Positions 11,788-24,000 of a stretch of DNA of 64,000 nt are shown in pieces; positions within the stretch are counted from its first letter, which is position 1; every line of letters begins with the position of its first letter. This stretch comes from Andalucia godoyi And28 (lineage: Eukaryota; Protista; Jakobida): assembly GCA_009859145.1 (NCBI GenBank), contig VRVR01000018.1, positions 67,688 to 131,687 on the forward strand. The letters are read 5' to 3'. A program made the position numbers and the translations under genes. A model generated the notes under the pieces. It was given only the letters and a program-made list of their open reading frames with translations, searched no databases and was not told where the DNA came from.

Positions 11788-13089
11788 ATGGGAGATTGGG
11801 CGTTTCGTTACCAAACGAGCGTTTCTGAGATTTTCTCAGATGAGCGTCGGCTGAAACACCAGTTGCAAGTAGAGCTCATGTTGCTGAAGGTTTTGGGCCG
11901 CCATGGTCTTGTCCCGTCTGAAGCATACGAACGTCTGCAGGCTGCTGTGAGTGAAGGACGCGTCAATGTGCAGCGAGTGTTGGAAATTGAAAAGGAAATC
12001 CATCATGATATCATGGCTATGGTGAAGGCGTTGGCCGAGTGCGATCCGCAGTATGGCGAGTTTGTCCACTTTTCTGCTACGTCGCAAGATATCAACGACA
12101 CGGTAATGGGTTTGCAGCTTTCCGAGGCAAAGACTGAAATCCTGAACGCGTGCACCGCCGTTCGGAAAGAGCTGACGCGCATTTCAAAGGACCACAGAGA
12201 TCTTGTGTGCATAGCCAGAACACACGGTCAGCATGCAATTCCTACGACAATGGGATTCAAGTTTGCGAACTTTCTATATGAGCTATCCGAAGCATCGAAT
12301 ATGCTGGAGAACGCGCCGGTGCACTTTGGAAAGCTCACCGGTGCTGTCGGGACGTTTGCTGCGCTGAACAACACCTCGGTGCAGCGCGAAGTTCTTGAAG
12401 AACTGGGCCTTTCTCCGGTTCCCATCACGACGCAGGTCATCACGAGAATCCATCTTGCACGATTTGCATTTGCCTTGTCTGCAATCGCCTCGTCGTTGGA
12501 AAGACTCGGGAAAGAGATCAGAAATCTGCAGCGCTCTGAAATCGGTGAACTCTTTGAAGGTTTCTCGGCAAAACAGGTCGGTTCTTCTACAATGCCGCAG
12601 AAGCGAAATCCGCACAAGAGCGAGAGAATTTGCGGTCTTGTTCGCGTCATCCGTGCGCAGATATCTCCCATCATGGAGACCATCGCTTTGGAACACGAGC
12701 GCGATCTTACCAACTCCAGTGTGGAAAGGGTCACGATTTCAACGGGATGCGTCCTCACTCACTATTGCTTGCTAGAAATGCAAAAGATCCTTCGCTCTTT
12801 GGCAGTCGATACGGATCATGTTGAGAGAAATCTCCAAGCTGCGGGGGGAAACCAGCTTGCGGAACGCGTTATGATGTTCCTCGCACCCAAACTGGGGCGA
12901 CAGGAGGCTCATGAGATGTTGCGTGTGGCCGTCGACGATCCTCGGGGGATTCGCAGCATTCTGGACAATTCTCATGTTCAGCAAGTTATGACTTCAGATG
13001 AGTTTGATAAGCTTATGGATCCGCATACGTACGTTGGTCAGGCACCCCAGGTGGTGGATGATGTCTTGATGATGTACGGCGTTCAGTAG
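11788..13089 (+). CDS. purB: Adenylosuccinate lyase, archaeal/bacterial short type (433 aa)
   Basis: Fumarase/ASL signature GSSTMPQKRNP, plus RTHGQHAIPTT, EIHHDIMAMVKAL and HERDLTNSSVER. Confidence 0.95.
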   Translation: MGDWAFRYQTSVSEIFSDERRLKHQLQVELMLLKVLGRHGLVPSEAYERLQAAVSEGRVNVQRVLEIEKEIHHDIMAMVKALAECDPQYGEFVHFSATSQDINDTVMGLQLSEAKTEILNACTAVRKELTRISKDHRDLVCIARTHGQHAIPTTMGFKFANFLYELSEASNMLENAPVHFGKLTGAVGTFAALNNTSVQREVLEELGLSPVPITTQVITRIHLARFAFALSAIASSLERLGKEIRNLQRSEIGELFEGFSAKQVGSSTMPQKRNPHKSERICGLVRVIRAQISPIMETIALEHERDLTNSSVERVTISTGCVLTHYCLLEMQKILRSLAVDTDHVERNLQAAGGNQLAERVMMFLAPKLGRQEAHEMLRVAVDDPRGIRSILDNSHVQQVMTSDEFDKLMDPHTYVGQAPQVVDDVLMMYGVQ

Positions 13090-13340
13090 TGTGCAGTGCA
13101 GTGTAGCTTCCGCGCTCACGAACCCTTGTGAGAATGCATTTTCTCTTTCCTATTCAATATTTGCGACTATCTTTATTGTATTATTGTTCTTGTTATTGGT
13201 CTTGCTATAATTATTTTGTATTTTTTTAAATGAAATAATGGGAAAACACAAGCAGCATCCCTTTTATCCTCTCTCCCCCCGCGGTAAACGGTGAATCGCC
13301 TTTCCTCAATGACAATGAAGAACACCGCCAGTTTCACAAA

Positions 13341-15236
13341 TCAAATGGCATCTGCAAGATGTGGAGAGCTCGATGCATCGGTTGCGTCGCTGTCGGTCAC
13401 GACATCGCCTCCTAGGGCTTGGAGCCACAAGTACTCCATGATGGACGCCACGCAAGATGCAGTCACAGTGAACGCATCGAATTGCTGATACTTGTGAGTC
13501 CGAGAAACATCCACGTGATCCAGCTGAACAATCGTTGGAAGAGCGGTCCTGTCTATACACACGATCTTTTGAACATCCTTCCACATGCATAAATGATTGG
13601 TTTTGCTGAACGGAACTGAGGACATGAAACCATATCCATTGTCGCACAAAACCAAACGACCCGGCGTTGGAATCATTGTATCTGAGCAGCCGCAAATGAA
13701 TGACAACAATGGTTGCGCATCCACGGCGCCAAAGTGCTGGTAGAATGTGTTGCGAAGCTTGTACGGAATCGCAGATCCCATCAGTGCCCGAACAATCGTT
13801 GAAATCGAACTGGCGAACGCGGATACTGTGACTTGACGAACTGCTTCCTGTGCGCGCTCGGAAATAGCCAGCACTGTAGAGCTGCCTTCATTAAACAAGT
13901 CGGTCCTTTCTTTGATGTCAACGCAGAATTCCTCCAGGTCCTTCAGAGGATCGCTCCGCAGAATGAGCCTGAGAGGAAGATCGGACTGTGGCCGGTCCTG
14001 AAAGCGCAAGTCATGGTCGGCAGTTTCGAGAATCATCTTCACTCTCTCATTAATAGCCTCCATCGATGGTAAGAGATTGTGGATGCTTTCGGGCAGCTGG
14101 TTTCGAAACTCAAACAGAACTCGGCTGAAACGGTCCAAAACATCATCCGCGTGGTCCGCAAGCTCTTTTGGGATCGAAAACCGCACTCTCTTTTGATGCG
14201 GATCCGCGTACAGTTTGAAGACATCGCTGACATACTTCGACGTTACACAATACCCATCTTGCAGCATATCCGTCCAGAGAAGCTTTTGCAGCGAGAGTGC
14301 AACGAATACTTGTTGAAAGACACTGTTGCGAACGAGTGCAGGGTCTCCACTGGCTAGACATATGGACATGGACATGGACTCTGACACAAAACTCGAGTTT
14401 GTCATTGCCACAGCATCATTCATTCCAGAAGCAGTGACTGATGAAGGGCCCGCTTCGGCGAACTGGTTGGCAGCTGGGCCAGCCGTGTGCTTGCTATCCA
14501 AGATCGAAATATCGATAGCTGGAAGCGGGAAAGACGCGACTTGTATATCGCATACAGCAGAATAGATTACAGCATTAAAAGATAAGTTCAAGGTCGGCAG
14601 CGGTCCTGCAGTGATTCGAAGCATCGTGAGCTGCGAGTTCCCATACACACCCTCCTGGACAACAGCGTTGGAGAACCCCATTGATACTGCTGTGGACATA
14701 ACCGATCGCACAACCTCTTTCATGTCAACGTCACATCGCAGAAAGAACCGATTGCGGCGTTCTCCGTCTTCTGGATAGGACTGGACGGCCGTGAACAGCG
14801 GTGCCAAGTTGCGAATGCGACCCGGAATAAACGGCTTTCGAAGTCCATTTCGCGCAGACGCAGCACTCACGTTCACCTTGACAGAATGCAACACCACCGA
14901 ATGACCAGTCTCGATGGGAACAGAGTTGTCAATAGCTTCCCCAACAATATGCTCCGAGGCAAAGTCTCGAACAATAAGCCCGCATCCGTCATTTCGATGC
15001 GAACACACCGTAACGTAGTCCCTTGCAAGAACAGGCTCAATGGACCGAACCACTGCGCATCCTTCAGACACCACTTCGATGGTCACGTCGTCAACCCGCT
15101 CTTTCACAACATACAAAAACATGATGTGATTCGGCGGGCCAGAATGGTGCAACACACAGTGGCCGTCAGCGTGCAGACCGACTATGTCGCCTGGATTCGC
15201 TGGATCCACACATCGGAATCTTTTCTCCGATCCCAT
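13341..15236 (-). CDS. Hypothetical 631-aa protein with a possible C-terminal GRAM/PH-like domain
   Basis: Long ORF with normal coding composition. GRLVLCDNGYGFMSS...MWKDVQKI resembles the GRAM pattern. Confidence 0.6.
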   Translation of the reverse strand: MGSEKRFRCVDPANPGDIVGLHADGHCVLHHSGPPNHIMFLYVVKERVDDVTIEVVSEGCAVVRSIEPVLARDYVTVCSHRNDGCGLIVRDFASEHIVGEAIDNSVPIETGHSVVLHSVKVNVSAASARNGLRKPFIPGRIRNLAPLFTAVQSYPEDGERRNRFFLRCDVDMKEVVRSVMSTAVSMGFSNAVVQEGVYGNSQLTMLRITAGPLPTLNLSFNAVIYSAVCDIQVASFPLPAIDISILDSKHTAGPAANQFAEAGPSSVTASGMNDAVAMTNSSFVSESMSMSICLASGDPALVRNSVFQQVFVALSLQKLLWTDMLQDGYCVTSKYVSDVFKLYADPHQKRVRFSIPKELADHADDVLDRFSRVLFEFRNQLPESIHNLLPSMEAINERVKMILETADHDLRFQDRPQSDLPLRLILRSDPLKDLEEFCVDIKERTDLFNEGSSTVLAISERAQEAVRQVTVSAFASSISTIVRALMGSAIPYKLRNTFYQHFGAVDAQPLLSFICGCSDTMIPTPGRLVLCDNGYGFMSSVPFSKTNHLCMWKDVQKIVCIDRTALPTIVQLDHVDVSRTHKYQQFDAFTVTASCVASIMEYLWLQALGGDVVTDSDATDASSSPHLADAI

Positions 15237-15840
15237 TTTTTTTTAAATCCGAACGTCTTTTCTGTTTTTTTCTTTTTTTTTTCTTTCCTTCTTCAAATGA
15301 TAAAAGATTAAGAAATTAAAAAATTAAGAATTCTTTTCCTCTCCTCCTCTTTCCTGTTATCTGTCTGTCTTTCGATGCTTCTTTTTGTCGTTATCCGTTT
15401 CAAAAAGATGTACACAATCTCACGATCTCCCACGAAACACAAAAAACTAAGCACAGTCAGAGTGAGCTCCAAGCTTGAATTCGAAAGAAAAGCAATCAAG
15501 ACCCGTCACAAGCGTCGGGCATATATTTCTGCGACCTCCTTCCAAAAGCCAAACTTCTAGAGTTGACAGCCGTCGACCCCGCTGCTTGAACGAGGACTTC
15601 AGATTGTACGCTTCCACATGCACGTTTAGCGGCCACATCTCTATTTTAAGGTTGAACTGTCCGTTCAATCGTTCCTCGTTCGTCGTTTATCTTTCATATT
15701 TCTGTATTGCATTTCTTTTCTTTTCTTCTCTTCATTTTCGTTGATTGTTTATAACGTAGGGGTGGGTGGGTTCAAGTCACATCATTGTCTGCCGTTCATC
15801 GCTAGTTTTAACGGGGTTTTTGGCATTCGTAGTTTCCATT

Positions 15841-17919
15841 ATGCAGCGGACTTCTGAAGCGACGGCTCGACGGCTTGCTGTGCTATCAGGTCACATGCAA
15901 GGCGAGCCCGAATTGACTCCGGTGACGACGTTGTGTGCGGAGGAGTGCAGCGGATCGGTCGCGACACCGTCTGAAAATTGGGAAAAGGTCAAAGCCTCTT
16001 TGAGCGCATCTCCTTTCTTCCAGCTCAAGAATGTGCCCAAAGAAGAAATTGAGGCTTTTGCGCACTTTTTGGAGCATCACAATCTTGAGGATCGTCAAAA
16101 GGCACGAGAATTCTGCATGAAAAACTCGGAAATCTTCGTAGAAGACTGGGATCGTAGAGTTCCTTTGGATCAGCAGCGAAAGGAAACCATCAAGAAGACC
16201 ATAAAAATGGTTTCCTCGGGATTGACATCTGTTCGCGATCTTCGTGATAATCCCGGAAGGTATTTTGGCGTCGTGGAGACATTTGCTGCGCAGGATTTAT
16301 CTGCAGTCTCCATGGCAACGATTACTCTGAACTTGTTTGGTGCATCGGTGTTGTTTCTTGGAAATGAGAAACACCACAGTCTGATCCTTGATCGGGTGGA
16401 TAACTGTGACGTTCTCGGTGCATTCGCAATGTCGGAGCTCAATCACGGGTCGGATGTGTCGCATTGCGAGACCACCGCAACGTTTGATGCTTCTTCCGAT
16501 GAGTGGGTTATCCGCACGCCACATGATGGTGCACAGAAGTACTGGATTGGAATTTCCTTGCTGTCTGCAAACTACCTGGTTGTTTTTGCTCGACTCGTGA
16601 CGAATGGCGCAGATCATGGAGTGCATCCGTTTTTAGTGCCAATTCGCGATGTGGTTGGGGGTCCTCTTCGTCCCGGAGTCGTGGTGAAGTCGACTGGTAA
16701 AAAGGCTGGTCTGGACGGAATTGACAACGGTCGCATCTTCTTTGACAACTACCGCATTCCTCGTTGGTACCTTCTCGACAAGATAGGCTCAGTTTCGAGG
16801 ACGGGAGAGTATTCTTCGCCTTACGCGTCTGAAAACAAGCGATTTGCGGCTATTTTTGCCGGTCTCGTCGTTGCGCGGTTCGGCGTGGGTTCGACTGCGG
16901 CGCGTGTTGCTCGCGCAGCCCTGGATATGGCCCTCCGGTATGCGCACTCTCGAACTCAGTTTTCGATTGAAAAGGCGGGAGCCGAAGTTCCGCTGATTGC
17001 GTATGGGGCTCACCAGCAGCGTTTGTTGTCGCATCTGAGCAGCATTGTGGCTGTGACGGTGTTCGCTAATGCGTGCAAGGATCCGTTGTTGAAAGGCAAG
17101 GCGGACGCGTTTCTGGGTTCGAAAGACCTACATCTTGATGCATGTTGTCTGAAAGCATATGGCTCTTGGTACGCGGTCTGGGCAGTCCAAGAATGCCGCG
17201 AGGCGTGCGGCGGGCAAGGATACCTGGCTCGCAATGTCCTAATGTCGTGGCGGACGGATCTCGAAATTCTACAGACCCTGGATGGCGATAACCGCGTTCT
17301 CTGCCAGCAAATTGTGAAGATTTTGATTGAGAAACTCGGATCGAAAATGGCAAAGAAGAATCTTGTGGCATCCGCAACAGAAGTTTTGTCGAATGAATTT
17401 CATGCGCGAATTGGGTTTTTCCTGTCCTTTGATCCAGAAGACCTTCCGTCTGTGTGCACCCTCTTTCAAGCCCGGGAGGACGCCGTTCTCTATGCCCTTG
17501 TCAAAGAACTGCGGAATGGCGGCCGCGGGAACCCCATGCACCAGTTCAAAGTGTGGAATGCCAATATTGCACTTGTAGAGCGAGTTGCAAAGGCCCATGC
17601 GGAGCGTCGCATTGTGGAGTCGTTTGTGTCTGGTCTGCATCGAATGCGCGGGCAACCGCATCTGTACGGAGCGTTGCGTAATCTTTGCATCCTGTTTGTC
17701 CTCACTCGAGTTTCTGAGGATGGCTGGTTTGTTGCGTCTGGGTGCGTGAAGAAGTCCAAGTTTTTGGATATCCCGTCCGAAACGGATGCCCTCTGTCAGA
17801 AGATTGCTCCGTATACGCATGCGATCATCGAATCCTTCCGGACACCGGATTTTATTTTCAAGGACACCATTGCAGATGACTGGCTGCGTGTCAACTCGCG
17901 AGACGCAAACTTTGCGTAA
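15841..17919 (+). CDS. ACX: Peroxisomal acyl-CoA oxidase with N-terminal PTS2 (likely start ATG 15841; ORF track starts at 15766)
   Basis: FAMSELNHGSDV, TPHDGAQKYWIG, GVHPFLVPIRD, DNGRIFFDNYRIPR, QECREACGGQGY. RLAVLSGHM matches the PTS2 pattern RLx5HL/M. Confidence 0.93.
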   Translation: MQRTSEATARRLAVLSGHMQGEPELTPVTTLCAEECSGSVATPSENWEKVKASLSASPFFQLKNVPKEEIEAFAHFLEHHNLEDRQKAREFCMKNSEIFVEDWDRRVPLDQQRKETIKKTIKMVSSGLTSVRDLRDNPGRYFGVVETFAAQDLSAVSMATITLNLFGASVLFLGNEKHHSLILDRVDNCDVLGAFAMSELNHGSDVSHCETTATFDASSDEWVIRTPHDGAQKYWIGISLLSANYLVVFARLVTNGADHGVHPFLVPIRDVVGGPLRPGVVVKSTGKKAGLDGIDNGRIFFDNYRIPRWYLLDKIGSVSRTGEYSSPYASENKRFAAIFAGLVVARFGVGSTAARVARAALDMALRYAHSRTQFSIEKAGAEVPLIAYGAHQQRLLSHLSSIVAVTVFANACKDPLLKGKADAFLGSKDLHLDACCLKAYGSWYAVWAVQECREACGGQGYLARNVLMSWRTDLEILQTLDGDNRVLCQQIVKILIEKLGSKMAKKNLVASATEVLSNEFHARIGFFLSFDPEDLPSVCTLFQAREDAVLYALVKELRNGGRGNPMHQFKVWNANIALVERVAKAHAERRIVESFVSGLHRMRGQPHLYGALRNLCILFVLTRVSEDGWFVASGCVKKSKFLDIPSETDALCQKIAPYTHAIIESFRTPDFIFKDTIADDWLRVNSRDANFA

Positions 17920-18054
17920 ATGTAAATCCGTCGTTTTTATTGCATGACGTGCACAATGTAGCGCAGGGAGAGGTAGACTTTTCGTTATTTGGTGTTTGTC
18001 TCTTCCCTCTTTCCCTTCTCGTCTTGCAAGCACTGGGCAGTGTGCTTCATTCCA

Positions 18055-21000
18055 CTATGCAAGCCGAGGACGCTTGGCAGGCGGGCTACATGCCGCCGAC
18101 TGAGAGGACTCAGACAATATGGGCTCCTCAACACGCAGGAACCGAGTAGGCTGATCTGATGCTTTCAAGAAGAATTCCAAACGAAAGCCTGATTCAAACA
18201 CTACGCGCAGGCGGAGCCGATTTGACTCTGGTCTTCCCAGGCAGAGAACGACTGGGCACCGAGGACACCGGGGCTGTTGATGCAGCATCAGATACGAGCT
18301 ACAAAACAATTCCGAGTCCGCAGCGGTGGCACATATCACGACATTGCCAAGCAACATGCCGACTAGCTTCTTGAGAATTTGAGGCAGATCGGACGATATC
18401 GCAAGAACCGGAAAACACCGATGAATTAAAGCCAGAACTGCACGCGCATCGCGCTCTGATACATTGCTCAGGTCCGGAAACACAAAATCGGACGCACGCC
18501 AGAACGTGGGACGCACTGGAAGCGCAGCCAACTGCGTGTGCGTTGGAATAAAATAGTCCTCGGATCTGTCGACAAAATGCAGCAAATTTTCAAAAAACAT
18601 GTCCACAGGCTGCGATAGGAAATCTCCCGCAAAGCGCTTAATGTACAGACACAAGCATAGTTCCACTTCTTGAGAGCACGAGGCAGAAAAGAGCGTTCCC
18701 AACCGTATGTTGTGGAGGCTGGGCTGGGTGCCGTCTTCTTGAGTCTCAGGCGCGCTTTTTGTGTGGGAGGATCCACCAGTGGAGCTTGGGAGGGAAGATA
18801 CCTGAGAAAGGCTCATAGGCGCGGACAGCTGCTGGGCAAACAGATCTTGGACGTCCATATGTACAACAAAGCGAGATCGCAACAGGGAAAATTGATCGGT
18901 GAGCCCCTGGAATGTGGGCCAGAATTCATACGATGAATCCTGGTTAAAGAATCGGAATGGGGTGCGCTGATCCACAAACTCGCACTGAAACTCGGCATTT
19001 TGCTTCTGCAGAACATACTCTGGTAATCGCATCGAAACCGGCAATATCGCAGACCAGTCGTCGTCATTGTCCAAGAAAAACGTGGATGCCGTCAAGTCAA
19101 CAGACAGATCCAGACGAGTACCGGGCGCTCCGTTTTCGACAATCGAGACGCGAATCGAGGAAACCAAGGCCGTCTTCTCGTCCTCGGAAAGCATAATGTT
19201 TGTCGGCATATCATCGGATCGTCCCGCAAACCCAACAAACACTTCAAACTGAACCACTTCTGGTGCTTGATTTCTTACTTTCGCATTCTGGACTTTGACT
19301 TCCGTAACTTGAAGTGGATGGGGATTGGGACGAACGGTGATATATAAAGGATATGGGAACTGCAACATTTTCGACGGCGTTTGAATCCACAAACAATCGT
19401 CACCTTTCTTCGATCGCCTCGCATCACGGCACAACGTTTTCCCAGTAGCGTTCATAATGGGAATGTCCTCCAGCAGAAATCTTTCATTTTCGTACTTCCA
19501 CGCAAACGATCTCGACGTACGCCGTAATTCTCCAATCGCTCGGCGACCCGTTTCCTGTCGACTTGAAAACACAGTTTTGCCGAAAAGCAGGGCAGATCCG
19601 CTTCCGAAGGCCATCAGCTCGAGGTACGGAAACCCTGCATCAGAAATCTGTGTCTCCAGGAACTTGCAGATGCCATCATGGTCAAGGGAGACTAAATTTA
19701 AGTCGTTGTCGCGGACAGAAAAGACAATACGTCGAATCAGATCATGAGACCAGTACACAGGACTTTCAATCTCCGTTCGATTTTCCACAATCATGCAGTA
19801 TGGATCTCCAGGGCTCAGGTGCATCAATGCGACACGTCCGTCGATTTTTCCGGTCTTGCAGACGTAGGAAAAGACTACATCCACCAAACCGATGCTGACA
19901 GCACGTCTATCCAAATCGTCATCCCAAAAACTAAACGCTGAACCGGGAACCTTCAATGTAACAAACGACAGGGAATCTGCGTTTGGAAACTCCACTTTAG
20001 CTGGCAAGGAGACCACGGAAGGATGCAAGAGATCAGGAGGCGGAGCACCTTGGATATGTTGTCTGCAACATATTTTGGGATCCACTAACAACGTCTCCGC
20101 TGTCTGCCTTGATATGGTGGTATCATTCCCTGCTGCGTCAACGAATCGAACGTCACACCGAAAGTCCTTTTTGATCGCTGCCTGCAAATGGGAAGAGCCG
20201 CCGAACGGATAAAGGACTAATTGCGCCGCAGGACCTCCGTGCAGGCAAAATCGGACAGTCTTTTCCACAAGATCGTCGTTGTTTTGATCACGGACAACGC
20301 GAATCAATACGGACAACGCGCTCTGGTTGTGAAAGTTCCAAAGCACTGGACCATGTTCCGACTGCTGAATCCAATCAAATCCCGAAAAAATTGCCAACAA
20401 TTCTCTTGCAAACGCACCATTTTCATGGGCGCGAATAGAGGAAACCCTTGCATCCACACGGAGGTTCACGGAGTAAAAACTACACAGGTTCTTCGATAAA
20501 ATTTCTCCAGTTTCATTTCGAAGCACGAAATCAAATTCGGGAAACGCATCTCCAGATCGAATACCACAGAGAAAAACACCATCCTTTTCAAGAATCGCAG
20601 TGGAGTTTTGATAGATGTCGAATGTGGACGGATCCTTAGAAACTTGCACGGTGTATGGTCGAGAAAACACGGTTCCGCATTCAGAATCGACAACAGAAAG
20701 CTCGATGTCTCCCCATTCACACGAATATGGACTGCCCAAGGAAAGCCGTAGAATTCCCTCTTTTGATTTGAATGTGGACTTCGCAATGGATGAAAACACA
20801 CCTTTTTTTGAAGTCTCTCGTTTCGGCTTGACGTACACAGTCCACGTCCTGCTCGACAGTGCGTCGATCTGCTTCACAATGTTTCCGTATGCATCCACTG
20901 GATGGAAATCCAATGTGGATACAACCTGTCTTCCAACAAGCTTCTCCAGCGGGTCCGGATCCAATGCATCCAGACCGGCAAATTCACCGGCAAGAACAAC

Positions 21001-24000
21001 AACCGGCAACCAAAACGACGGTAAATGATGTGGAAGAAGCTGGATTTGTATAGGAAGCGGTCCCCGCTTCTCCGGAAGCAGCCCTCTAACAACCATGGAA
21101 AATACTTCGCCACCTCCGGTACACTCGCACTTGGCCTCCACCTGCACATCTCTGGGAACATTCATAGCTGTCGGTTCGGAGTATTCCAAATGCGTGAGCT
21201 CGTTATCGAACTCATCCAATATCTTCATCTTGCAGGAAAACCTTGAGTCAAGCTGCAGCGAGATGCATTCGTTTGCTCGAGTCTCGCGTCTCCTGGGATA
21301 GGCGAACGACTGCGGAGACGTCATGTCGCCCCATTGCAGTTCCACAGAAGCTGCGTCTCCGGGCATAACATCAAGCTCAATGCCGCTCTTAGGAGTCGAC
21401 GTGAAAAGAACGGTCCCATTCCACATAACATCCAGAAACGTAGCAAACGAGCCAGATTGTCGGATTCCAGCAGGAAGATTGACGCAGAATGTGCCATCTG
21501 ACTGCAAGCGCGAGGCAAACTCCTTGTCCCCCGCGACACGATATCGGCAAACGCAAGTTGCGGATGCCTCGGATTCGTGGACATACAGATCTGCACTGTT
21601 CGAACGAACGTCGTGCAACTGTGCGGTCGAGAGGAAAAAATGTGTGTGAAAAGCGCTGTTCTGAAATACTCGTTGTAGGGGCGTGAAAAACGTCTCCTTT
21701 TCGACCGTCACTTCGCCTTGAACAGAAAAGGGCACTCCAGCTGTTCTCACACGCTGCTCGTTGACGAACGAAATCTTGCGCCCCTCAGAAAAGGACAGGA
21801 GAAAATTCAGCTTTGCAACGGCATCCAGTAACGAAGGGCATCTCTTAGAAACACTCACAGCCTTCTTCTTGATGAAGGCAATAAGTCGCATGTGGAAAGA
21901 GACGTCTTTGAGCGCACCTTCAACTCCATACAGCGTAAAATCGACCATGAGATTCCTGTCTGTGGTACAATACGGCTTTTCTTCGCTGCCAAAGTTCTCA
22001 TTCGGAACACTTTCAATCGTATCAAAATGCTCCCAGATGGTCCAGATTTGCACGGGTAGAAGCGAAAGGCGGTAATTGACGTTTGGTAGAAGGAAAATGT
22101 CTCCTCGTGAAACTTGGGTGAGATTGTGCGAAGCGACAATCTTCTCAGGAATCCGGCATGCGGTAAACTGTGCAACTTTGTTCAAGATCTGCCACTCCTG
22201 GAATCTCCGCGGATGCAATTTCGCTTCATTCACCCGGCCATTGAGAACATATTCTTCATCAAATGTTCTATGACACGTGTTCACCCAATCAGAAAGAATC
22301 TTGCGGCAGCGATTGGTCTGCTCCGGAGCGCTTAGCAGATCGAATGGACGCTGCAGCATCTTTTTGTGGCTACTGGGTTTGATCGAGCGACCGAAAAAGA
22401 CCTCAACAACGATTCTATTGGCAAGCTGCCGCAAACTGGGGAAGATCGCAATAATGCTCCTTCCTAACGAAGTGTCCTCGAGCAGCCTTCCGCACCAATA
22501 CTCCCCAATGACCAAGTCAGGCTTGTCTTGTAGTCCCATCAAGCGAACATAGTCCGGACGGGTCTCCGACCCCTCTATCAGAGGAAAGTATCGAAACGTA
22601 AAGTATTGGCCAAGGATACTGACAATGCGGATCAAAGAATGCCGTTCTTCAGGAAGGACGTACTCGGTGGTCTGACTCAAAAGTGTCGAACATCGAGCGC
22701 ATCGAGTCCAATAGTCCGCATCAGCGGCCGGAGAGTTTCTTGAATTGCCCTTGTGCCTCTGCAAGAGGATGCGCTCGTCATCTTCCATTTCCATATGAAC
22801 TGCTTCAAACAGTTCTTCTAAGGCTGGAAACGAAAAGGAGACCTCAATCTCAATTGGTTGCAGACCCCCTTTTCCAAGAAAATCCTGACCGGCCTGCGAC
22901 ACAAGAAACTGCAGAAAACCAGAATTCTTCCCCAGAACATAGTATTTGTACAAAGAAGAAAATGCAGCAGCGTATTCATCAGCTACAGCACAAAAATGCG
23001 AAAACCGGAACTCGACATTTTTTTCTGAAAGGACGTGGCCAATGGAGGGTGCGAAGAGTGCCGAGTCTTCTCGCAACTTTGAAATCATGATGCATGAGCC
23101 ATGACCGGCCGCAACAGTGGTGAAATGCGTGCGAAGGACGTTGTCGCACACAAGTGACTTCTCGTCCTCTTCCATGTCCCACGCTTTCGCATACTGACAG
23201 AATGAAAACGAGTCTGTCATAAAAAAAGATCCTCCTCTTAGGCGAGCATCGTCTGAATAGCCCTTGACATCCTTGTCAATAAGAGCTGCCATGCGGATGA
23301 ATCCCGGTTCATCGTGTGCCGTTCTAGAAAATATTCGAACTTTGCGACCCATCGAGAACGCCGCGTCCTTCAGCCCTAGTCCGAATTTTCCCAGCTCTCC
23401 CGAAATATGGAATGGATGCATGGGCACATCCATGTTCTGTGATAGCGAGGCATCTTCTGCTACATGCCTCGCGTACGTTACTGCGTCGTGAAGAGACTCT
23501 TCAGACATTCCTTTCCCATCGTCCAATATAAACAGATGGCTCCACATCATGTGCTTGTCTGCAACAAGGTGCATGGAGACAGTGTGCTTCTTGTCATCCT
23601 TGCATTTCACGCACGCCTCAATTGAATTGTCAATGAACTCGGCAACGATGGACGGAATCGGGTCGGAGCCGTCCGACGGCGCCTCAAAGTTTTGACCATT
23701 GACGAGTGGATCTGTTGAGAAGTACCACTGGAACTGGTAATGCAGATGTAAATCCTCCGGCAAGCCGGGAGCTATGCAGTACACAACTTTCTGTGCAATC
23801 GCCGCACCGGATCCAGCAATTTCATGAAAGTTGAGGAACGTTGCACGAATCTGCGATACGCTCATCTGATCCACACGTTTGTGATCTTGCAATTTCATCG
23901 AAAACGAAGACGGAAACTCTGGATACTTGGATTGAATAAGCGATGCTATGTAATTTTCGAAATTACTGGAGTTTGGCTGGAAATGGAGAAAGTGACTTCG

